Assembly: GCA_035532495.1 (NCBI GenBank)
Contig: DATKQX010000026.1
Coordinates: 14,160 to 78,159 of the forward strand
Direction of reading: 5' to 3'
Source: Candidatus Saccharimonadales bacterium
GTDB taxonomy: Bacteria; Chloroflexota; Dormibacteria; Aeolococcales; Aeolococcaceae
DNA length: 64,000 bases
Shown here one piece after another: positions 57,857 to 64,000 of the stretch. Position 1 is the stretch's first letter. Each line of letters starts with the position of its first letter. A program made the position numbers and the translations under genes. The notes under the pieces are model-generated. The model was not told the DNA's origin. It searched no databases and saw only the letters and a list, made by a program, of their open reading frames with translations.

Positions 57857-59071
57857 ATGACAGTCGACATGGAAACGTTGGTGAATCGCGAGCGCCCATT
57901 TCGGGTTCGACGCGGGCATGCGCAGGGTGTGTTGACACTGCTGGTGGGGAGCTCAGTCCTCGCTGCTTGTGGATCCGCCAGCACCGGCAGCACGGCCGCT
58001 CCCAGCGCCACGCCCACCGCCGTCTGCACCGGCACCGCCGCCGCTCCCGGCTACAAGAACGGGCTGGCCACCGTCTCCGGTCAAGCAACGTCACTCAGCG
58101 GTGCGGGTTCGACCTTTGTCGCACCCATGATGTCGGTCTGGACGAAGGCATATGCCACCGCCAACAGCGTGCAGGTCGCATATCAGTCCGTGGGCTCTGG
58201 CGCCGGCATCGCGCAGCTTCAGGCAAGCACCGTCGACTTTGGTGATTCGGACGCGTTCATGTCTGACACCGAAATCGCGAAAGCCAAGGGTCCCGTCGTG
58301 CAGATCCCTCTCGTTCAGGCACCGGTCGTGGTTGTGTACAACCTTCCGGGCATCCCGAGTGGGATCAAGTTTGACGGCAACACCATCGGCAAGATCTTCT
58401 CCGGTGCGATCACCGTGTGGAATGACCCGGCCATCACCGCGCTGAACCCGGGGATGTCACTCCCGAACACTCCGATCGCCGTCGCGCATCGCTCGGACGG
58501 CTCGGGCACGACGGACATATTCACCGACTTCCTCACCCAGACCAGCCCGGCTTGGGTGACCGCTCTCGGTGGGGCAACCACCAGCGTTGGCAAGACGGTG
58601 GCCTGGCCTGTTGGAATCGGCGGCAAGGGTAACGATGGTGTGTCCGCGGTTGTGAGCCAAACAGCCGGTGGCATCGGGTACGTCGAGCTCGACTACGCCA
58701 TTGCGCAGCATCAGACGTACGCCGACGTCAAGAACAAGGCAGGCGCGTTCATCGAGCCGTGCGAGCAGACCGCCGCCAATGCCACGGTCGGTATCACGAG
58801 CTACCCGGCCGACCTTCGGATTGACATCGTCAATCAATCGACGAATGCCGAGGCATACCCGATCACCGGGTTGACCTGGGCCCTTGTCTACCAGAAGCAG
58901 ACCAAAGCAGCCACTGCAGCGGCCCTTGTCAACTTCTTCTCGTGGATTCTCACGAGTGGCCAGGACATGACGGGCTCAGTCGACTACACCCCGCTCGGCC
59001 CGACGCTGCAAGCGCTCTGCATCGCTCAGCTCAAGAAGATCACGGTCAACGGGACACCTGTCTCGCCGTGA
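57857..59071 (+). CDS. pstS: phosphate ABC transporter substrate-binding lipoprotein PstS
   Basis: Lipobox LAACGS, PstS motifs (GSGAG, DGSGTT); start could be 57830/57857/57869. Confidence 0.85.
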   Translation: MTVDMETLVNRERPFRVRRGHAQGVLTLLVGSSVLAACGSASTGSTAAPSATPTAVCTGTAAAPGYKNGLATVSGQATSLSGAGSTFVAPMMSVWTKAYATANSVQVAYQSVGSGAGIAQLQASTVDFGDSDAFMSDTEIAKAKGPVVQIPLVQAPVVVVYNLPGIPSGIKFDGNTIGKIFSGAITVWNDPAITALNPGMSLPNTPIAVAHRSDGSGTTDIFTDFLTQTSPAWVTALGGATTSVGKTVAWPVGIGGKGNDGVSAVVSQTAGGIGYVELDYAIAQHQTYADVKNKAGAFIEPCEQTAANATVGITSYPADLRIDIVNQSTNAEAYPITGLTWALVYQKQTKAATAAALVNFFSWILTSGQDMTGSVDYTPLGPTLQALCIAQLKKITVNGTPVSP

Positions 59072-59104
59072 CCCGACAACTGCGTTGACCGTGGTTGGCT
59101 TCTG

Positions 59105-60121
59105 ATGCCGCCGCCTGGTGAGGGCGGCGGCATCGCCACAGTTGCCGTGCGGACGCCGGCGAGCCTCCTGAGGCGCGGGCGCCCGCGCATCGCCGACAGG
59201 ATCTTCGGCGCCAGCGTTTCGGTCATGGGCACGGTCGTGCTCGTGGTCATCGCGGCCATGGTTGTGTTCCTAGTCCTGCAGGGCCTTCCCGCGATGCAGC
59301 ACTACGGCTTCTTCTCGTTCCTCTCAAGTCAACGCTGGACGCCGTCCACTGCCTTCCAGAACGTGTCGCGTCCAAACCCGTACGGGATCCTGCAGTTCAT
59401 CTACGGGACGATGCTCACTTCGATCATCGGAATGCTCATCGCGGTACCGCTCGCCGTCGGGGCGGCGCTCGTCATCACAGAGGTGGCGCCGCAGCGCGTC
59501 AAGGGTCCGCTTTCGGCGCTGGTGGACCTGCTCGCCGCGGTACCGAGCGTCGTCTATGGGTTCTGGGGGGTTTTCGCGCTCATTCCGGCGATAAAGCCGG
59601 TCGTGGATTTCCTGACAACAACGGTCGGCACTGTTCCGGTGATCGGGACCGTCTTCGGGGGCCCATTCTTCGGATACTCCTATTTTGCGGCGGGGTTGGT
59701 GCTCGCCATCATGGTGCTCCCGATTATCGCGGCGGTCTGCCGCGAAGTCTTCCGGAGCACGCCGCGGAACGAGAAGGAGGCGGCACTCGCGCTCGGAGCG
59801 ACGCGCTGGGAGATGATCCGGATCGCCGTCCTTCCGCGAGCGCGCTCGGGCATTGTTGGGGCATCGCTCCTCGGTCTCGGTCGCGCTTTGGGAGAGACCA
59901 TCGCGGTGACGATGGTGATCGGTAATGCGGTGCTGCACATCAACTCAAGCGTCTTCTCGCAGGGAGCGACGATGTCCAGCGTCATCGCCAACGAGTTCAC
60001 TGAAGCTACCGAACCGTTTCATCTGTCGGCGCTGTTCGTCGTTGGGTTCTGGCTCCTGATCGTCGCGTTAGTGGTCAACGTTCTGGCTCGTCTTGTTGCG
60101 CGTCGCGGAGTGGCGCTGTGA
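59105..60121 (+). CDS. pstC: phosphate ABC transporter permease PstC
   Basis: 6 TM, EAA-like loop. Confidence 0.85.
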   Translation: MPPPGEGGGIATVAVRTPASLLRRGRPRIADRIFGASVSVMGTVVLVVIAAMVVFLVLQGLPAMQHYGFFSFLSSQRWTPSTAFQNVSRPNPYGILQFIYGTMLTSIIGMLIAVPLAVGAALVITEVAPQRVKGPLSALVDLLAAVPSVVYGFWGVFALIPAIKPVVDFLTTTVGTVPVIGTVFGGPFFGYSYFAAGLVLAIMVLPIIAAVCREVFRSTPRNEKEAALALGATRWEMIRIAVLPRARSGIVGASLLGLGRALGETIAVTMVIGNAVLHINSSVFSQGATMSSVIANEFTEATEPFHLSALFVVGFWLLIVALVVNVLARLVARRGVAL

Positions 60122-61005
60122 CTCAACTCGCGCTCGGGTCCCCGGGGTTTCGCAACCGTCCGGCGGTGGGCCGCCGGCGCGTGAAGAGCGCGGTGCTCGT
60201 CGGCCTGCTGATCGCCGCTGTGGTCGTCGCGGTAGGCGTACTCGCCTGGGTGCTCGTCTATGTCGCGATCCAGGGCATCGCCGCGTTGAACCTGGGCTTC
60301 CTGACACAGACTCCGCCCGGTAACCCAGCGTCGGTCGGCGGTGGGTTCTACAACGGCATCGTCGGCAGCCTGATCATTGTCGGTATCGCTGCGTTGATGG
60401 CGATCCCCCTCGGAGTTGGCGCCGCGGTCTACCTCGTGGAATACGGTCGCGGACGGCTCTCAGAGGCGATCCGTTTCTTCAATGACGTATTGATCGGTAT
60501 CCCAACGATCGTCACGGGCGCCTTTGTCTACGCGATCTGGGTTACTCGATTCGGCTTCTCCGGTTTCGCTGGGTCGCTGTCGCTCGCGATCGTGATGATG
60601 CCGCTCGTGACTCGCACCACCGAGGAGATGCTGCGGTTGGTCCCGCACGAGCTTCGGGAGGGCAGTCTGGCGCTCGGAGCAACTCGAAGCCAAACGGTGA
60701 TGCGGGTGTGCATCCCGACGGCATTACCCGGGATCATCACCGGAGCCATGCTGGCCGTCGCGCGAGCGATGGGCGAGACTGCGCCGCTGCTCCTCACGAC
60801 CCTCGGCAACGATCTCTTCACGGAGTACAACCCGGCGAAGCGCATGTCCACGCTCTCGCTGCAGATCTTCGACAACGCGGTCACCGGGTTTCAGGAAGGC
60901 CAAGGACGGGCATGGGCCGGCGCTCTGACGCTCATCGCCATCGTGCTCATCTTCACCATGATTGCTCGCTTCTTCGGCCGTCGAGTTCGTACGTCGAATG
61001 CCTGA
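60118..61005 (+). CDS. pstA: phosphate ABC transporter permease PstA
   Basis: 6 TM, overlaps pstC stop. Confidence 0.85.
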   Translation: MTQLALGSPGFRNRPAVGRRRVKSAVLVGLLIAAVVVAVGVLAWVLVYVAIQGIAALNLGFLTQTPPGNPASVGGGFYNGIVGSLIIVGIAALMAIPLGVGAAVYLVEYGRGRLSEAIRFFNDVLIGIPTIVTGAFVYAIWVTRFGFSGFAGSLSLAIVMMPLVTRTTEEMLRLVPHELREGSLALGATRSQTVMRVCIPTALPGIITGAMLAVARAMGETAPLLLTTLGNDLFTEYNPAKRMSTLSLQIFDNAVTGFQEGQGRAWAGALTLIAIVLIFTMIARFFGRRVRTSNA

Positions 61006-61846
61006 CGTGGCCACCGAACCTGCTCCCGCCACGTCGAAGCCGGACGACGCGATGCGCACCCCCGAACCGTTGGTCGAAGGACTCTCGATAGAAAAGCTCA
61101 ACGCCTGGTTCGGCAAGCATCACGTCGTGGCTGATGTGGACCTTGCGGCGCCCGTGCATCAAGTCACGGCTTTGATCGGCCCGTCCGGCTGTGGGAAGAG
61201 CACCGTGCTGCGGTGCATCAATCGTATGCATGAGATCGTTCCCGGCGCACGGGTCGAAGGGCGAGTGATGTTCGGCGGGCAAAATGTCTACGACTCGGAA
61301 ATCGATCCCGGCTCCGTGCGCAGCGAAATCGGTATGGTGTTCCAACGCCCGAACCCGTTTCCGACGAAGTCGATCTTCGAGAACGCGATCATCGGCGTGC
61401 GCCTTGCCAGATCTGCGGGGGATCGGAAGCTGGGCGATATCGCCGAGAGCGCGCTCCGACGAGCGCAGCTATGGGATGAGGTCAAAGACCGGCTCAACAA
61501 ACCCGCGGTGAGTCTCTCCGGCGGACAGCAACAGCGACTGTGCATAGCGCGTGCCGTCGCGGTGGACCCGGCGCTCCTGCTGATGGATGAGCCGTGCTCT
61601 GCGCTTGACCCGATCGCGACATTCAAGATCGAGGAGTTGATCCGTGAGATTGCCGATCAGTACACGGTGATCATCGTCACGCACAACATGCAGCAAGCAA
61701 CGCGGGTATCGCAGTACACGGGTTTCATGACGATTGAGCGCGCGGGAGAACCAGGACGGATGGTCGAATTCGGGACGACAGATCAGATTTTCGGGTCGCC
61801 GGCCAAGGCCGCAACCGAGGCATATGTGAGTGGGAGGGTAGGTTAG
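60998..61846 (+). CDS. pstB: phosphate ABC transporter ATP-binding protein PstB (copy 1)
   Basis: GPSGCGKST, LSGGQQQR, LLMDEP; start ATG 60998 (or GTG 61006). Confidence 0.85.
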   Translation: MPDVATEPAPATSKPDDAMRTPEPLVEGLSIEKLNAWFGKHHVVADVDLAAPVHQVTALIGPSGCGKSTVLRCINRMHEIVPGARVEGRVMFGGQNVYDSEIDPGSVRSEIGMVFQRPNPFPTKSIFENAIIGVRLARSAGDRKLGDIAESALRRAQLWDEVKDRLNKPAVSLSGGQQQRLCIARAVAVDPALLLMDEPCSALDPIATFKIEELIREIADQYTVIIVTHNMQQATRVSQYTGFMTIERAGEPGRMVEFGTTDQIFGSPAKAATEAYVSGRVG

Positions 61847-62707
61847 ATGGTGAGTGAGTTGAGTATTGTCGGGCGCCTGCGGGAGGAGGGCAGCACAGAT
61901 CGGGGACGCCCATCGCGCCCCACCGTCGTGCAGGTGGAGAATCCTGCTGTGCGCACGCACAACGTGAACGTGCACTACGGGTCCTTCCTCGCCTTACGCA
62001 ATGTTTCCATCTCCGCGCCGGTAGGTGAGATCACTGCGATCATCGGGCCCTCTGGTTGCGGCAAATCGACGTTGCTCCGTAGCCTCAACAGGATCAACGA
62101 TCTGATTCCCTCCTTCACCCTCGATGGTGAGGTGCTCGTGGGTGATCAGGACGTCTACGCATCTGACGTCGATGTCGCCAGCCTCCGCAGGCGAGTCGGC
62201 ATGCTGTTCCAGCGGCCGGCGCCGTTCCCGATGAGCATCTACGACAACGTCGTATACAGCCTTCGTCTCGACGGCCGTCCGTCCAGGACCGTGCTCGACG
62301 AGGCGGTCGAGCGCTGCCTCCAGCAGACCGCACTCTGGAGCGAGGTGAAGGATCGTCTCAAGTCGCCGGCGACCGGTCTCTCGGGCGGGCAGCAACAGCG
62401 CCTGTGCCTTGCCCGGACTCTGGCAGCCGGGAGCGATGTGATCCTCATGGATGAGCCCTGTGCCGCCCTCGATCCCATATCCACGCTGCGCATCGAGGAG
62501 TTGATGCGGGAGCTGAGCGGGACGGTGACGATCATCATCGTCACCCATAACTTGCAACAGGCGGCTCGAGTGAGCGACTACACCGCGTTCATGCTGATGG
62601 GCGAGGGACGTGCGGGCGAGCTGGTCGAACTGGGCCGTACCGACGAGATGTTCAGCGACCCGGTGGACAAGCGTACCGAGGACTACATCACGGGGAGATT
62701 CGGATGA
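61847..62707 (+). CDS. pstB: phosphate ABC transporter ATP-binding protein PstB (copy 2, tandem paralog)
   Basis: Same motif set; divergent N-terminal 35 aa. Confidence 0.85.
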   Translation: MVSELSIVGRLREEGSTDRGRPSRPTVVQVENPAVRTHNVNVHYGSFLALRNVSISAPVGEITAIIGPSGCGKSTLLRSLNRINDLIPSFTLDGEVLVGDQDVYASDVDVASLRRRVGMLFQRPAPFPMSIYDNVVYSLRLDGRPSRTVLDEAVERCLQQTALWSEVKDRLKSPATGLSGGQQQRLCLARTLAAGSDVILMDEPCAALDPISTLRIEELMRELSGTVTIIIVTHNLQQAARVSDYTAFMLMGEGRAGELVELGRTDEMFSDPVDKRTEDYITGRFG

Positions 62708-63390
62708 GCCAGGTCACCCCGACACCGACACCCGTCACACACCGGCCGGTTCTCCAAGCGGAGCTCGACACGATACGCACTGCCGTTGTGGACTTGACGA
62801 GGCAGGTTGAAGTCGCGATAGAACGATCGGTATGGGGTCTGCGCGAACGCAATCCCGACATCTGCACGGCGGTCATCGAGGGCGACTCCGCAGTGAACGA
62901 CCAGCATCGCAAGATCCGCGATGCCTGCTTCCATGTGATCCTGACGCAGGCCCCGGTGGCACGCGATCTCCGCGACATCCACGGCTTCGATCACATGGCG
63001 TCGGAGCTCGAGCGCATGGCAGATCATTGCGTCTCGATCGCCCGCATCGGACGGTCGATGACGGAGTTGCCTGACGTACCGTCGTCTGAGCCGCTCGGCA
63101 TCCTTGCCGAGCAGGCCGAGACTCAGGTGCGCGACATCCTGGCTGCCTTCGAAGCACACGACACCATCGCCGCCCGGGATATCGCCCGGCGCGACAGCAT
63201 GGTCGACATGAAGTACCGCCAGATCTTCTCGACCTACGTCGATCAGATGACCGCCGACGGCAGCCTTGCTCCCCGCGCCACGGGCCTTGTGTTCGTCGCC
63301 CATTATCTGGAGCGCATCGGCGACCGGGTGACGAATATCGCTGAAGAGCTGATCTTCGCTGAGACCGGCGGGCTCGAGGACCTGGGCTAG
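62704..63390 (+). CDS. phoU: phosphate signalling complex protein PhoU
   Basis: Two PhoU repeats, conserved D..E/D metal motifs. Confidence 0.9.
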   Translation: MSQVTPTPTPVTHRPVLQAELDTIRTAVVDLTRQVEVAIERSVWGLRERNPDICTAVIEGDSAVNDQHRKIRDACFHVILTQAPVARDLRDIHGFDHMASELERMADHCVSIARIGRSMTELPDVPSSEPLGILAEQAETQVRDILAAFEAHDTIAARDIARRDSMVDMKYRQIFSTYVDQMTADGSLAPRATGLVFVAHYLERIGDRVTNIAEELIFAETGGLEDLG

Positions 63391-63615
63391 CACGACCTCC
63401 GGTAAACCGAGCGCGACGCTGGACAGCGTTCGATTCCCGTGCTACGGTAGACCGTAATGGTCGCAACCGCGCGTCGATACTTTGGCCCGCCAGCCGTAAG
63501 GCTGCCGGGGGTCTGCTAACCCGACCGCGCAGTTTCTTACCAGGGCTGGTTCATCAGAGATGGGTCAGCCCCGGATCCCGTGAGGTGGCCCATCACCACA
63601 CGGAGGATCCTCACG

Positions 63616-64000
63616 GTGACCATAGAGCCGCTGCTCCCAAGCGCGACACATCGTCACGTCACTCGCCGAGTCCGGATCGGCGACGTCGTCGTCGGCGGTG
63701 ACTCAATCCCCATCATCGCCGGGCCGTGCGCCGTCGAGACGGGCTATGTCGAGCATGCGGTGGCGGCTCACCGAGCCGGCGCCAGCGTCCTCCGCGGTTG
63801 CGTCCTCAAGCCGCGCACCCGCCCTGGATCGTTCCAGGGGATGGGGCTTGCCGGACTGCCGCTGCTCGACGAAGCGCGGCGGCGAACGGGCCTGCCCGTG
63901 ATGGCCGAGCCGCTGGAGGCCGGCGACATCGAGGTGCTTCGCGATCATGTGGACGCGCTCATGATCGGCGCCCGCTCGATGCACAACACGCCCCTGCTGC
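63616..64000 (+). CDS. 3-deoxy-7-phosphoheptulonate (DAHP) synthase, KDO8PS-like type I-beta, 3'-truncated at window edge
   Basis: GTG start with GGAGGA SD; PIIAGPCAVE motif. Confidence 0.7.
   Translation, partial: MTIEPLLPSATHRHVTRRVRIGDVVVGGDSIPIIAGPCAVETGYVEHAVAAHRAGASVLRGCVLKPRTRPGSFQGMGLAGLPLLDEARRRTGLPVMAEPLEAGDIEVLRDHVDALMIGARSMHNTPLL

Overview
This 64 kb window is a high-GC (~70%), gene-dense chromosomal segment, apparently from an actinobacterium. Coding strand shows strong GC3 bias, GTG starts are frequent, and many adjacent genes overlap by 1-4 nt (ATGA/GTGA junctions). I found no rRNA, tRNA, CRISPR array or mobile element. Nearly every long ORF on the strand opposite a real gene is a high-GC artifact, including the 852-aa and 682-aa ORFs in the track.

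Gene content from start to end:
- 1..5565: an envelope-stress/protease neighbourhood. It holds a 5'-truncated LemA gene, a small lipoprotein, a membrane-anchored YVTN beta-propeller protein and an HtrA-like protease, with HtpX convergent on the other strand.
- 5611..11047, minus strand: thrC (preceded by a structured leader), a Ski2/HelY-like helicase, a DUF503 gene, an unknown 98-aa ORF and a ParA-like ATPase. An acidic TPR protein (11169..12053) is divergent from the ParA-like gene.
- 12076..21294: a GH15 glycosidase (+), then a minus-strand seven-gene liv-type ABC operon that ends in a FAH hydrolase and a TauE exporter, then a divergent GntR regulator (+).
- 21344..28886: an arginine cluster argC-J-B-D-R-G-H with a palindromic ARG box, and no argF.
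- 28920..34709: a metallophosphoesterase (+), then on the minus strand a TetR regulator, a YtrA-like GntR/ABC/ABC-2 operon, and ROK-DegV.
- 34737..42425: coaX (+, divergent from ROK), dus, greA, lysS, serS, a PaaI thioesterase, then a channel-like membrane protein (-) divergent from a CYTH protein (+).
- 42426..42681: a 256-bp C-rich structured intergenic region, followed by a MarR regulator.
- 43144..52833: a complete hopanoid cluster on the minus strand (polyprenyl synthase, idi-2, hpnC, hpnD, hpnE, shc, hpnH, hpnA, hpnG). A soluble PAS histidine kinase is co-directional immediately upstream of it.
- 54158..57713: a divergent OmpR-type response regulator, followed 13 bp later by thiO-S-G-E with no TPP riboswitch.
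- 57857..63390: pstS-C-A-B-B2-phoU with a tandem pstB pair.
- 63616..end: the start of a DAHP synthase gene.

The observations I would look at first are the kinase-hopanoid linkage, the riboswitch-less thi operon behind a response regulator, the SD-sequestering terminator leader of thrC, and the C-rich intergenic element.
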